DNA from: a virus
Lineage: Duplodnaviria; Heunggongvirae; Uroviricota; Caudoviricetes
DNA length: 36,774 nucleotides
IMG/VR virus record: IMGVR_UViG_2639762884_000004
Direction: 5' to 3' (one strand)
Below are positions 1-9,421 of the stretch, one piece after another. The notes beneath the pieces were generated by a model. It was given only the letters and a program-made list of their open reading frames with translations. It ran no database searches and was not told where the DNA came from. The position numbers and the translations under genes are program-made. The number at the start of each line of letters is the position of its first letter. Position 1 is the stretch's first letter.

Positions 1-1053
1 TTACGGGGTAATGCCAACCGCTGCCGCCACTTTGTCGCCACTTGGCAGCGTTGCCAGAGGATTGAAACGGAGCGCCGTTTCCAGATGATCCGGTGCCAGA
101 TGTGCGTAACGCATAGTCATTTTTATATCGTGGTGTCCGAGAATTTTTTGTAAGGCCAGAATGTTTCCACCCGACATCATGAAGTGCGCCGCAAACGTAT
201 GGCGCAGAACGTGTGTGAGTTGACCGCGAGGGAGCACGATAGACGTTTTTTCCATCACGGATAAAAATTGAAAATAGCAGTCTGTGAAGAAATTGAACCC
301 ATCAAGCGCCATGATCTCTTCGTAAAGCTCTTTACTGATAGGGATGCTTCTGTTTTTCTTCCCCTTCGTTCTTACAAAGGTAATTCGGTATTTGGTCACC
401 TGTGAGCGGGTAAGATTTACGGCTTCTCGCCAGCGTGCGCCTGTGCTTAAGCATATCTTAACTACCAGTGCCAGAATTGGGTCCTGACGTTTGCAATCAG
501 CTAGTAATTCAACAATCTGCTCATGGGTAAGCCATGCCATCTCTTTTTCTGCGATGGTGAATTTTCGCATGTTCTCCAGTGGGTTCGGATACGACCATTC
601 GCCCAGGCGGGATAGTTCGCTAAAAACACTACTTAGATAGCTTTGCTCCAGGTTAATGGTGACCGGGCTTGCTCCTTTCTTCCATTTCTCACTGAAGTAG
701 ATCTCACCTGTCAGGCGTTTATCTCGATAGTGGGCAAACATTTTAGAGGTTAGATCAGTTGCAAGGGGATTGCCCAGAGCGTCAACCATCAGCAGCAATT
801 TGTCATAGACATGCTGCCCAGCAGTCAGAGATTTACCATGTAGTTTGAACCATAGCTCAACCACGTCTTTCAGTGTTCGACGATCCACTGATTCACCCAG
901 CCAGGGCTTTGCTTCGGTTTCTTCCATCGTGTGACGCTCAAAAGCCAGTGCTTCGCCTTTGGTGGCGAATTGTTTACGCACACGACGCCCACTACGTCCG
1001 GCGGGGTAACATTCGCAAAGCCATTTTCCTGTGGTGAGTTTTCGTACTGCCAT
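1..1053 (-). CDS. int: Tyrosine integrase (P2/186 Int-like)
   Basis: 350-aa ORF; C-terminal catalytic region HTFAAHFMMSGG...LGHHDIKMTMRYAHL is typical of tyrosine recombinases; located at the prophage end next to the att repeat. Confidence 0.9.
   Translation of the reverse strand: MAVRKLTTGKWLCECYPAGRSGRRVRKQFATKGEALAFERHTMEETEAKPWLGESVDRRTLKDVVELWFKLHGKSLTAGQHVYDKLLLMVDALGNPLATDLTSKMFAHYRDKRLTGEIYFSEKWKKGASPVTINLEQSYLSSVFSELSRLGEWSYPNPLENMRKFTIAEKEMAWLTHEQIVELLADCKRQDPILALVVKICLSTGARWREAVNLTRSQVTKYRITFVRTKGKKNRSIPISKELYEEIMALDGFNFFTDCYFQFLSVMEKTSIVLPRGQLTHVLRHTFAAHFMMSGGNILALQKILGHHDIKMTMRYAHLAPDHLETALRFNPLATLPSGDKVAAAVGITP
19..40. repeat. Putative attL core (22-bp direct repeat, copy 1), lying inside the 3' end of int
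   Basis: CGCTGCCGCCACTTTGTCGCCA; matches 33920-33941 at 21/22 positions; flanking sequence on either side does not match. Confidence 0.7.
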
Positions 1054-1058
1054 AATAA

Positions 1059-1078
1059 AGCCCTCATATCAGAGGGCT
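1059..1078 (-). terminator. GC-rich hairpin (AGCCCTC-N6-GAGGGCT) followed on the minus strand by a U-rich tract, immediately upstream of the int start codon
   Basis: 7-bp stem, 6-nt loop; minus-strand RNA reads stem then UUUAUUAUG. It overlaps the GAGGG that would serve as the int ribosome-binding site. Confidence 0.45.
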
Positions 1079-1094
1079 AAATTTAACTGTATGT

Positions 1095-1109
1095 TTGACC
1101 AGTGGTCAA
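1095..1109. promoter_or_regulatory. Perfect 15-bp palindrome TTGACCA-G-TGGTCAA between the KAP gene and int
   Basis: Perfect 7-1-7 inverted repeat; a 1-nt loop rules out an RNA hairpin, so a dimeric protein-binding site is the likelier reading. Confidence 0.35.
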
Positions 1110-1139
1110 TGTATGGTTTAGTTTATTCAAACAATGCTT

Positions 1140-2657
1140 TTAATCAAATGATGTGGCCAGTTCAATTAATTCAATGTAATTATGTAAGGCATAAAAAGAT
1201 GTATTCAGACCATTCTCTATAAGGGCTCCTTGCAAATACTTTATAGCTGTATCACCATCAATAGGGCCTTGTTGAGATATAATCATTAGTGAATTTTGCC
1301 CATTGTTTTTTATACTTGATTTAAGCATGTTTATATTATTAATAAAATACAATGCAACATCTAAGTAATTTATTAATGTTAAATTTATTTTGGGCTCGAT
1401 CTGTGAGATGAATAATCTACTGCTCGCCGTTCTATAGATATAATTGACACCTATTCTTTGCTGATTTGTATCAAGATTTAATTCAAGGATGGCTTGAGAA
1501 ACACCTTTTAAATTGGAGCTTTGCTTTATCGAATCAGTGAAACGTTGTGCTGCATTTCTTCGACCAATTAGTCCATCTATAATTTGACGATCCTTATCAT
1601 ATATAATCATTAGCGAAATTATAAAAATATAATCTACTTTCTTTTTGACTAAATCAGATTTAAGAATGTCTATTAACCTTTCAGTATTTCGGATTGAGTC
1701 TCTTAGATTTAACCCAAATGCTTCAAATACGTTGGAAATATTTATTGAAAAGTCTTCTAATGTTGCTGTTAGTGGGTATGTTTTTGATGTGATATTTTCA
1801 AAATCGGTACCAATATAATCACCAACAACACCATTAATTAAATCTTTAAGTTCAGGTTGTTTTAAAGTAAATCTTCTATGAAAAAAACGGCCTAAATAGT
1901 CATTTGCGGAAAAATCATTACCGTAAACATTCTTGATTGAATGTTGTAATTGATCTGTGTTAGTAGCAATAATAAAGACAAAATTTTTAATATCGAATAT
2001 ATGTTTAACAATCTCTAAAAGAGAAATTGCATAATCTGGCCTGCATCTGTCTAATTCATCTATAAAGATAAATATAGGACATGAAAAACTATTTTCATAT
2101 GCCAACCTAGACCATAACGTTAGTTCTTTTTTTAATACCTTAATGCTCTTCAGTTTTTCCTGGTGTTCCTTCAGCATTATTAATGAGGCTTCTTTGGCTA
2201 TATCACCTACATTATCTACTCCTGCATAAGTCTTGATTAGGCCAGATATGATTTCAGGTAGAACACCTTTTGTAAAGCGTCCGATAGCATGGCCGCTTTG
2301 TATCAATCGAGCATCAAGTTTTCCTGCATATGTTTGCAATTGTTGTGACAAAGAAGAAAAAAGGGTTAAAAATGCATCATCAGAAAAGTCTTGCTTCCAG
2401 GCATCAATGTAAACGCATGGGTGTGCATCTTTTATTGAGTTATAAAATCTCTTTATGAAAAAACTTTTACCAGCTCCCCATTCTGCATTAAGGTTGATTA
2501 CCGTGTTGTTCTTTTGCCCCTTTTCCTTAAGATAAAAATATAGATATTCTGCATAGTGTCTCCGATTAAGTTTGTCTTTGGAAAGAATTTCCTCTTCGTC
2601 GTCTAATATAAAGGTAGTTTCTTCATCCCAGTTCCAATTACAATCACCACATTTCAC
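1140..2657 (-). CDS. KAP-family P-loop NTPase (AT-rich cargo gene)
   Basis: 505 aa; Walker A AEWGAGKSFF and Walker B/KAP signature IFIFIDELDRCRP; GTG start with GGAG 7 nt upstream; only 25 nt after the CI-paralog stop; markedly AT-rich relative to the phage core; no obvious transmembrane insert. Confidence 0.7.
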   Translation of the reverse strand: MKCGDCNWNWDEETTFILDDEEEILSKDKLNRRHYAEYLYFYLKEKGQKNNTVINLNAEWGAGKSFFIKRFYNSIKDAHPCVYIDAWKQDFSDDAFLTLFSSLSQQLQTYAGKLDARLIQSGHAIGRFTKGVLPEIISGLIKTYAGVDNVGDIAKEASLIMLKEHQEKLKSIKVLKKELTLWSRLAYENSFSCPIFIFIDELDRCRPDYAISLLEIVKHIFDIKNFVFIIATNTDQLQHSIKNVYGNDFSANDYLGRFFHRRFTLKQPELKDLINGVVGDYIGTDFENITSKTYPLTATLEDFSINISNVFEAFGLNLRDSIRNTERLIDILKSDLVKKKVDYIFIISLMIIYDKDRQIIDGLIGRRNAAQRFTDSIKQSSNLKGVSQAILELNLDTNQQRIGVNYIYRTASSRLFISQIEPKINLTLINYLDVALYFINNINMLKSSIKNNGQNSLMIISQQGPIDGDTAIKYLQGALIENGLNTSFYALHNYIELIELATSFD

Positions 2658-2682
2658 TATGAAGTCTCCATGAAAAATTTAC

Positions 2683-3606
2683 TTAATGTAAACAACTTAT
2701 AATAACTTTTGCAATAAACTCAATGTCTGTAAGCGAACATTCAAAAGAGTGATTTTGGGATGAAATATAAACTCGTCCTTTAGGTAGTCGAGTTATCATT
2801 CTAAATGAATTCTCTCCATCAATATTTACTAGCCACTTACCATCATGTACATCTTTAAAACCCATTTCACATATTAATTCAGAGTCTTCGGTAGATACTA
2901 CGAATGCATTTTTTAAATTGGAAGGTAGAAAGCATGGGTCAAATAAATATGAGCCATCATTTATTAACTTGCCATTGATTAATACTTTTTTCACTAATGT
3001 TAAAGTATCTTTATTTTTTGCGTTTTTCATTTCTCCTGTACCAAATGAAATCCATTCAATAGAATGGCCCGTTTCTATTGCACACTGCAAAACCCAGTCT
3101 GCAGGAAAAATGTCACGCATGTATCGTGTGGCTAATGTGCTTTTTGAAATACCTAGGTGATCAGCTAATGCTTGGTGCGTTTTGTAACCGTAAGCCTCGA
3201 CAATTCGTTCTATTGTTGCCTTACCCCCTCGGTTAAAATTCATGAGTTTTTCATTATCGAACTTTATAGTGGGAATGTATACTTCATTGCAAAGGCCATT
3301 AACGGCATGTTTTTCAGAATATTGCTCTGATGAAGGAGCAGTATCTGAACCAAGAACTAACCATTCAATTGATGCTCCTGTTTCTATGGAACATATAACA
3401 ACCCAATCTGCAGGAAAGGTATTACGTGCATATCTGTTGGCCATAGTACTTTGGGAAATACCTAGATGATTACATAATGCCTGTCGTGACTTGAAGCCAT
3501 AGGCTAGGAGTATACGCTCAATAACTTTTTGCCCTCCACGATTCTGCATAACTATTGCTTTCAGATCGTTTTTGATATGGCTAAATTTTAATTTTTGAGT
3601 TGACAT
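2683..3606 (-). CDS. CI-repressor paralog with two tandem CI-type N-terminal HTH domains and a CI-like C-terminal domain
   Basis: 307 aa. Residues about 20-90 and 125-190 each resemble the cI N-terminal domain; domain 2 shares the helix segment ISKSTLATRYMRD with cI exactly. C-terminal part aligns with the cI C-terminal domain (FLPSNLKNAFVV versus FLPSTLKNPFVI; DGKWLVNIDGE...ITRLPKGRV versus DGKWVISIDAE...ITRLPGGRI). Confidence 0.75.
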   Translation of the reverse strand: MSTQKLKFSHIKNDLKAIVMQNRGGQKVIERILLAYGFKSRQALCNHLGISQSTMANRYARNTFPADWVVICSIETGASIEWLVLGSDTAPSSEQYSEKHAVNGLCNEVYIPTIKFDNEKLMNFNRGGKATIERIVEAYGYKTHQALADHLGISKSTLATRYMRDIFPADWVLQCAIETGHSIEWISFGTGEMKNAKNKDTLTLVKKVLINGKLINDGSYLFDPCFLPSNLKNAFVVSTEDSELICEMGFKDVHDGKWLVNIDGENSFRMITRLPKGRVYISSQNHSFECSLTDIEFIAKVIISCLH

Positions 3607-3625
3607 ATTTTTTACACCACAACAA

Positions 3626-3641
3626 ATGCTTTACCAAGCAT
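3626..3641. promoter_or_regulatory. Palindrome ATGCTT-TACC-AAGCAT in the 50-bp gap between cI and the CI paralog
   Basis: 6-bp arms, 4-bp spacer; candidate operator or weak attenuator hairpin (AT-rich stem followed by a U/G-rich stretch on the minus strand). Confidence 0.3.
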
Positions 3642-3656
3642 AAAAACATTCCTATA

Positions 3657-4226
3657 TTACTCAAAGTACTTAACTGTTATGCTTATAATTTTTCCAATAA
3701 TTTCGATTTCTTCTTTTTTACATTCGAAAGCCCTATTTCCACCTTCAACTAAGATTCTTCCACCAGGTAAACGAGTGATATCGCGGATTGTTACTTCGGC
3801 ATCAATACTTATTACCCATTTGCCGTCACGAATATCGTTAAACTCTTTATCGCAAATAAAAACGGAATTGTTATCGGTGATTACAAACGGATTTTTGAGC
3901 GTAGATGGTAGAAATTCTTTATCGAAAATATAAAAACCATCTTCCTGCAAGGTTCCATCAGATAATACATATTTAACGACTTCCATAGTATTTGTATTAC
4001 CTGAAGTTTGCTTTGAACCATGTCCGGTCGTGAGCCAGTTAAGCGAGGCGCCCGTTTCAAGTGCGCACTGGATTACCCATTCAGCAGGGAATGAGTCACG
4101 CATATAGCGTGTGGCGAGAGTACTTTTAGAGATTCCTAAGTGATCGCACAACGCCTGTCGAGTCTTGAAGCCATATGCTTCTACCATGCGCTCTATAGCG
4201 CCTCGTCCGCCTTTCTCCAAATTCAT
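3657..4226 (-). CDS. cI: Immunity repressor CI (186-type, HTH N-terminal domain plus oligomerisation C-terminal domain)
   Basis: About 190 aa; divergent from apl across a short switch region; ATG at 4226 has GGAG 6 nt upstream, and an in-frame GTG at 4232 is an alternative start. Confidence 0.8.
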   Translation of the reverse strand: MNLEKGGRGAIERMVEAYGFKTRQALCDHLGISKSTLATRYMRDSFPAEWVIQCALETGASLNWLTTGHGSKQTSGNTNTMEVVKYVLSDGTLQEDGFYIFDKEFLPSTLKNPFVITDNNSVFICDKEFNDIRDGKWVISIDAEVTIRDITRLPGGRILVEGGNRAFECKKEEIEIIGKIISITVKYFE

Positions 4227-4250
4227 GGTCACTCCAAGTGAACTTTTGTC

Positions 4251-4347
4251 TTGACGATTTCACTATGCGATCGTATGTTTATGATGTTCACAAAATACAA
4301 ACGATCCGTATTCGTCCTGATTAATCAACATTAAACGAGGAATGTTG
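4251..4347 (+). promoter_or_regulatory. Lysis-lysogeny switch region: pR-like promoter (TTGACG-17-TATGTT, 4251-4279) and inverted repeat CAACATT-N8-AATGTTG (4326-4347) spanning the apl ribosome-binding site
   Basis: Good sigma70-like hexamers oriented toward apl; a 7-bp inverted repeat encloses GAGG. Operator identity is not established. Confidence 0.45.
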
Positions 4348-4351
4348 CATC

Positions 4352-4573
4352 ATGAAACCTAACATTTCAATCACTCTTACCACGCCTCATGTGACTATTG
4401 AACGTTATAGCGAGCTGACAGGGCTATCCATCGATACTATCAATGACATGTTGGCTGATGGACGTCTTATCCGTCACCGTCTGCGGAAAGATAAAAAACG
4501 CGAAAAAGTGATGATCAACATAGCAGCCATGACCGTTGATGCGCTTTCAGAATGCAATCTAAACCTTAATTAG
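4352..4573 (+). CDS. apl: Apl/Cox-family excisionase and transcriptional regulator (small HTH protein)
   Basis: 73 aa; first gene of the rightward early operon, divergent from cI; HTH-like segment [21 protein letters not shown]. Confidence 0.6.
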   Translation: MKPNISITLTTPHVTIERYSELTGLSIDTINDMLADGRLIRHRLRKDKKREKVMINIAAMTVDALSECNLNLN

Positions 4574-4605
4574 TTCGATTCTGAAATACATCAGAGGCAT
4601 TGACC

Positions 4606-5115
4606 ATGTTTGATTACCAAGTTTCCAAACACCCGCATTTTGATGAAGCCTGTAGAGCTTTTGCACTTCGTCACAATATGGCGAAGCTGGCAGAACGTGC
4701 AGGAATGAATGTCCAGACTCTGCGAAACAAACTCAACCCAGATCAACCGCATCAGCTCAATGCGCCAGAAATCTGGCTGCTTACCGATCTGACTGAAGAT
4801 TCAACGCTGGTAGATGGCTTTCTGGCACAGATTCACTGCCTGCCATGTGTACCGATTAATGAGGTGGCAAAAGAGAAACTGCCGCATTACGTCATGAGTG
4901 CAACTGCAGAGATAGGGCGTGTCGCGGCAGGTGCGGTTTCTGGCGATGTAAAAACCAGTGCAGGCCGTCGTGATGCGATCAGCAGCATTAACTCTGTTAC
5001 ACGACTGATGGCGCTGGCTGCTGTTTCATTGCAGGCCCGTTTACAGGCTAATCCTGCGATGGCGAGTGCAGTTGATACCGTGACTGGCCTCGGTGCTTCA
5101 TTCGGTTTGCTGTGA
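4606..5115 (+). CDS. cII: CII-like lysogeny establishment activator
   Basis: 169 aa from ATG 4606 (the track ORF begins at TTG 4600); position immediately after apl and size match 186 CII; HTH-like segment [19 protein letters not shown]. Confidence 0.6.
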   Translation: MFDYQVSKHPHFDEACRAFALRHNMAKLAERAGMNVQTLRNKLNPDQPHQLNAPEIWLLTDLTEDSTLVDGFLAQIHCLPCVPINEVAKEKLPHYVMSATAEIGRVAAGAVSGDVKTSAGRRDAISSINSVTRLMALAAVSLQARLQANPAMASAVDTVTGLGASFGLL

Positions 5116-5122
5116 GGTGCTT

Positions 5123-5323
5123 ATGCTGACGAAAGAACCATCATTTGCATCGCTGCTGGTAAAACAAAGTCCGGCAATGCACTACGGTCACGGCTGGATC
5201 ATGGGTGAGGATGGTAAACGCTGGCATCCGTGCCGTTCACAAGATGAATTGCTGGCAGAACTATCAACGAAAAAACGGGGGAACCAATGGCTATTGAAGG
5301 CGCTGCGGCGACTGTTCCATTAA
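5123..5323 (+). CDS. Hypothetical early protein (fil-like position)
   Basis: 66 aa from ATG 5123, preceded by GAGGTG; tightly packed after cII. Confidence 0.45.
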   Translation: MLTKEPSFASLLVKQSPAMHYGHGWIMGEDGKRWHPCRSQDELLAELSTKKRGNQWLLKALRRLFH

Positions 5324-5628
5324 GCCCCGGTGAACGCCTGAATGGACTTAATCATATTGCGGAATTAAGAGCGAAAGTTTTTGGCCTGAATATTGAGTCA
5401 GAGCTTGAGCGGTTTATTAAAGATATGCGTGATCCACGGGATATCAATAATGAACAAAATAAACGGGCACTGGCTGCCATATTCTTTATGGCAAAAATTC
5501 CAGCTGAACGTCATAGCATCAGCATTAATGAGCTGACCACTGACGAAAAGCGGGAGCTGATTAAAGCAATGAATCATTTTCGTGCAGTGGTGAGCTTATT
5601 TCCCAGACGGCTAACCATGCCGAATTAA
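5287..5628 (+). CDS. Hypothetical early protein
   Basis: 113-aa ORF with GGGGGAA 5 nt upstream; overlaps the previous gene by 37 nt. Confidence 0.45.
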   Translation: MAIEGAAATVPLSPGERLNGLNHIAELRAKVFGLNIESELERFIKDMRDPRDINNEQNKRALAAIFFMAKIPAERHSISINELTTDEKRELIKAMNHFRAVVSLFPRRLTMPN

Positions 5629-5695
5629 CCAACTAATGAAATTCATGGCGTAAACCCGCCAGGCATCCCTTTATCTAAATTCAGGAGAATTGATT

Positions 5696-5929
5696 ATGCG
5701 TAATATTGAAACCCTCACGACTAAAACCGGACCGGATGATGCAGGGCTTAATATTTTACTGACAGAGGCTCGTCTGGAAGAACGCCGGGCAAGGGCTGAA
5801 GCAATGGCAGCTCGCCTTGATAGCCTGGCGTGTCATATCACATCCCGCCAGCTAAACCACGTCGAAGCGGCAGAACTGCTGCGTGTGACTGCTGAAGCAA
5901 TCCAGAACGAAGCGCAGGAGATCCACTGA
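5696..5929 (+). CDS. Hypothetical early protein
   Basis: 77 aa from ATG 5696 with AGGAG 8 nt upstream; stop overlaps the next start (ATGA). Confidence 0.5.
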   Translation: MRNIETLTTKTGPDDAGLNILLTEARLEERRARAEAMAARLDSLACHITSRQLNHVEAAELLRVTAEAIQNEAQEIH

Positions 5930-6156
5930 TGGCTGATGCAATGGATCTCGTACAGCAGCGCGTTGAAGAAGAACGCCAGCGTCATATCCGTGCTGCCCGC
6001 GCCAAAACGCCGGGCGTATCCCGCGTGCTTTGCATTGAGTGTGAAGCACCAATTCCGCCAGCACGACGTCGCGCCATTCCGGGTGTGCAGCTTTGCATTA
6101 CCTGTCAGGAAATCGCAGAGCTGAAAGGCAAACATTACAACGGAGGTGCTGTATGA
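5929..6156 (+). CDS. TraR/DksA-family C4 zinc-finger protein
   Basis: 75 aa; CIECEAPIP...CITCQE gives two CxxC pairs; translationally coupled to neighbours. Confidence 0.6.
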   Translation: MADAMDLVQQRVEEERQRHIRAARAKTPGVSRVLCIECEAPIPPARRRAIPGVQLCITCQEIAELKGKHYNGGAV

Positions 6157-7010
6157 GCACCATCCTGAAATGGGCGGGTAATAAAACCGCCATTATGCCA
6201 GAACTGAAAAAATACCTTCCTGCTGGCCCGCGACTGGTTGAACCTTTCGCGGGTTCTTGTGCTGTGATGATAGAGACGGATTACCCCAGCTATCTTGTTG
6301 CGGATATTAATCCTGATTTAATCAACCTCTATAAAAAGGTTGCTGCTGATTGCGAGGCGTTTATATCTCGTGCCAGAGCTTTATTTGAGGAAGCAAACAG
6401 GGAGGTGGCTTATTACAACATAAGGCAGGAGTTTAATTACTCCACTGAAATTACTGATTTCATGAAAGCGGTATATTTCCTGTATCTCAATCGTCATGGT
6501 TACCGTGGGTTATGTCGCTATAACAAGAGCGGGCATTTCAACATTCCCTACGGGAATTATAAAAATCCGTATTTCCCTGAAAAAGAAATTCGCAAATTTG
6601 CAGAAAAAGCCCAGCGAGCAACGTTTATCTGCGCCAGCTTTGATGAAACGCTGGCGATGTTGAAGGCGGGGGATGTGGTGTATTGCGATCCGCCTTATGA
6701 CGGTACGTTTTCCGGCTATCACACTGATGGCTTCACTGAGGATGACCAGTATCACCTGGCATCCGTTCTTGAACATCGATCATCTGAAGGTCATCCGGTC
6801 ATTGTTTCTAACAGTGACACATCCCTGATTCGTTCGCTGTATCGCAATTTCACTCACCACTACATCAAGGCAAAACGCAGCATCGGCGTGTCGGCTGGCG
6901 AGAGTAAATCTGCAACAGAAATCATTGCTGTTTCCGGGGCGCGCTGCTGGGTGGGATTTGATCCTTCGCGTGGCGTGGATAGTTCTGCTGTGTACGAGGT
7001 GCGTGTATGA
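6153..7010 (+). CDS. dam: Orphan DNA adenine methyltransferase (Dam-like)
   Basis: 285 aa from ATG 6153; LKWAGNK near the N-terminus, catalytic DPPY (VYCDPPYDG), and [16 protein letters not shown] region, all as in Dam; no adjacent restriction endonuclease. Confidence 0.85.
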
Positions 7011-9421
7011 GTCATGATGATATGAGCAACTCTAGCGGCTTTAACGAGGCCGCTGCAGCATTTTCATGGAACGGCCCGAAAAAGGCCATTAACCCTTATC
7101 TGGACCAGGCGGAAGTTGCGCCGGAGTCTGCACTTTCAAACATGATCACTTTGTACGCTGCCGATAACGAGCAGGAACAGCTGCGCCGCGATGCACTGAG
7201 TGAGCAGGTCTGGGAGCGTTATTTCTTTAATGAATCCCGTGATCCTGTCCAGCGCGAAATGGAGCAGGATAATCTCATTAGTCGGGCAAAGCTGGCGCAT
7301 GAGCAGCAGCGTTTTAACCCGGACATGGTCATTCTGGCGGACGTCAGCGCCCAGCCCACCCACATCAGCAAGCCGCTGATGCAACGTATCGAATACTTCA
7401 GCAGCCTGGGCAGGCCAAAGGCTTATTCCCGCTATTTGCGTGAGACGATTAAGTCATGTCTGGAGCGACTGGAGTATGTACGCGACAGTCAGCTATCCGC
7501 TTCTTTCCGTTTTATGGCAAGCCATCAAGGGCTTGAGGGCCTGCTGATCCTGCCTGAAATGAGTCAGGATCAGGTAAAACGCCTGTCCACCTTGGTAGCA
7601 GCGCATATGAGCATGTGTCTTGAGGCCGCTTGTGGTGATTTGTATGCCTCCGATGACGTTAAGCCAGAAGAAATCCGCAAGACATGGGAAAAGGTGGCAG
7701 CGGAAACCCTGCGTCTGGATGTTATCCCGCCTGCGTTTGAGAAACTCCGTCGGAAAAGAAACCGCCGCAAACCCGTGCCCTATGAACTCATACCGGGTTC
7801 GCTGGCACGTATGCTTTGCGCCGACTGGTGGTATCGAAAATTGTGGAAGATACGTTGCGAATGGCGGGAAGAGCAGTTGCGTGCTGTCTGCCTGGTCAGC
7901 AAAAAAGCATCTCCCTATGTCAGCTATGAAGCAGTGACGCATAAACGTGAGCAGCGCCGCAAGTCGCTGGAGTTTTTCCGTTCTCATGAACTGGTGAACG
8001 AAGACGGCGACACGCTGGATATGGAAGACGTGGTAAACGCCAGCAGCAGCAACCCGGCGCACCGCCGCAATGAGATGATGGCCTGTGTTAAAGGTCTGGA
8101 GCTTATCGCGGAAATGCGTGGTGACTGCGCCGTTTTCTACACCATTACCTGTCCGTCACGTTTCCATTCTACGCTCAATAACGGCAGACCAAACCCAACC
8201 TGGACAAATGCGACGGTAAGACAAAGCAGCGATTATCTGGTCGGCATGTTTGCTGCATTTCGTAAGGCTATGCACAAAGCCGGGTTGCGCTGGTATGGCG
8301 TGCGGGTGGCTGAGCCGCACCATGACGGTACTGTGCACTGGCATCTCATGTGTTTCATGCGCAAAAAAGACCGCCGCGCCATTACTGCATTGTTGCGTAA
8401 GTTTGCCATCCGTGAAGACCGCGAGGAACTGGGCAATAACACTGGTCCACGCTTTAAGTCTGAGCTGATAAACCCGCGCAAAGGAACGCCGACAAGCTAC
8501 ATCGCGAAATACATCAGTAAGAACATTGACGGACGTGGTCTGGCTGGCGAGATCAGCAAGGAAACGGGTAAATCCCTGCGTGATAACGCCGAATACGTTA
8601 ATGCCTGGGCGTCTCTGCATCGTGTTCAGCAGTTCCGCTTCTTTGGTATTCCGGGGCGTCAGGCGTACCGTGAACTTCGCTTGCTGGCTGGTCAGGCGGC
8701 AAGGCAACAGGGTGACAAAAAAGCAGGTGCGCCGGTACTGGATGACCCGCGCCTTGATGCCATCCTGGCTGCCGCTGATGCTGGCTGTTTTGCCACCTAC
8801 ATCATGAAGCAGGGCGGCGTACTGGTTCCCCGCAAATATCACCTTATCAGAACAGCTTATGAAATTAACGAAGAGCCGACCGCTTATGGCGATCACGGTA
8901 TTCGTATTTATGGCATCTGGTCACCCATTGTACAGGGCAAGATCTGCACTCATGCAATGAAATGGAAAATGGTTCGTAAGGTCGTTGACGTTCAGGAGGC
9001 GGCAGCCGACCAGGGCGCTTGCGCCCCTTGGACTCGTGGCAATAACTGTCCCCTTGCTGAAAATTTGAACCAACAAGGGAAAGACAAATCAGCTGATGGG
9101 GACTCCAGAACGGATATTACCCGTATGAATGACAAGGAGTTGCACGATTACCTGCACAGTATGAGCAAAAAAGAGCGCCGGGAACTGGCTGCAAGGTTAC
9201 GCCAGGTGAAACCGAAACGGCGTAAAGACTACAAACAGCGAATTACAGACCATCAGCGACAGCAGCTCGTCTATGAACTGAAGTCCAGGGGATTTGATGG
9301 CAGCGAGAAAGAAGTCGATTTGCTCCTTCGCGGCGGCAGTATTCCGTCAGGAGCAGGCCTGCGTATCTTCTATCGGAACCAGCGTCTGAAGGAAGATGAT
9401 AAGTGGCGGAACCTATATTAA
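7007..9421 (+). CDS. A: Rolling-circle replication initiator (P2 gpA-like)
   Basis: 804 aa; HUH motif in [10 protein letters not shown] and tyrosine motif YIAKYISK; position matches P2 A / 186 repA. Confidence 0.85.
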   Translation: MSHDDMSNSSGFNEAAAAFSWNGPKKAINPYLDQAEVAPESALSNMITLYAADNEQEQLRRDALSEQVWERYFFNESRDPVQREMEQDNLISRAKLAHEQQRFNPDMVILADVSAQPTHISKPLMQRIEYFSSLGRPKAYSRYLRETIKSCLERLEYVRDSQLSASFRFMASHQGLEGLLILPEMSQDQVKRLSTLVAAHMSMCLEAACGDLYASDDVKPEEIRKTWEKVAAETLRLDVIPPAFEKLRRKRNRRKPVPYELIPGSLARMLCADWWYRKLWKIRCEWREEQLRAVCLVSKKASPYVSYEAVTHKREQRRKSLEFFRSHELVNEDGDTLDMEDVVNASSSNPAHRRNEMMACVKGLELIAEMRGDCAVFYTITCPSRFHSTLNNGRPNPTWTNATVRQSSDYLVGMFAAFRKAMHKAGLRWYGVRVAEPHHDGTVHWHLMCFMRKKDRRAITALLRKFAIREDREELGNNTGPRFKSELINPRKGTPTSYIAKYISKNIDGRGLAGEISKETGKSLRDNAEYVNAWASLHRVQQFRFFGIPGRQAYRELRLLAGQAARQQGDKKAGAPVLDDPRLDAILAAADAGCFATYIMKQGGVLVPRKYHLIRTAYEINEEPTAYGDHGIRIYGIWSPIVQGKICTHAMKWKMVRKVVDVQEAAADQGACAPWTRGNNCPLAENLNQQGKDKSADGDSRTDITRMNDKELHDYLHSMSKKERRELAARLRQVKPKRRKDYKQRITDHQRQQLVYELKSRGFDGSEKEVDLLLRGGSIPSGAGLRIFYRNQRLKEDDKWRNLY

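Noticed and set aside
1140-2657. Reading the P-loop NTPase as a P2 Old-type exclusion protein
   Set aside because: Its motifs are the KAP type (GxWGxGKS and DELDRC) with no Toprim-like C-terminal region, and it sits beside int rather than beside cos.
2683-3606. Reading the 307-aa HTH protein as the prophage immunity repressor
   Set aside because: A canonical 190-aa cI is present at the divergent switch opposite apl; the 307-aa gene is an additional downstream paralog.
2918-3933. Plus-strand track ORFs 2918-3160, 3242-3469 and 3679-3933 inside the cI and CI-paralog genes
   Set aside because: They are antisense to genes with clear HTH motifs and mirror each other only because the sense strand carries repeated HTH modules; no ribosome-binding sites.
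8156-8896. 246-aa minus-strand ORF inside replicase gene A
   Set aside because: Antisense to a gene carrying HUH and tyrosine motifs; no independent support.
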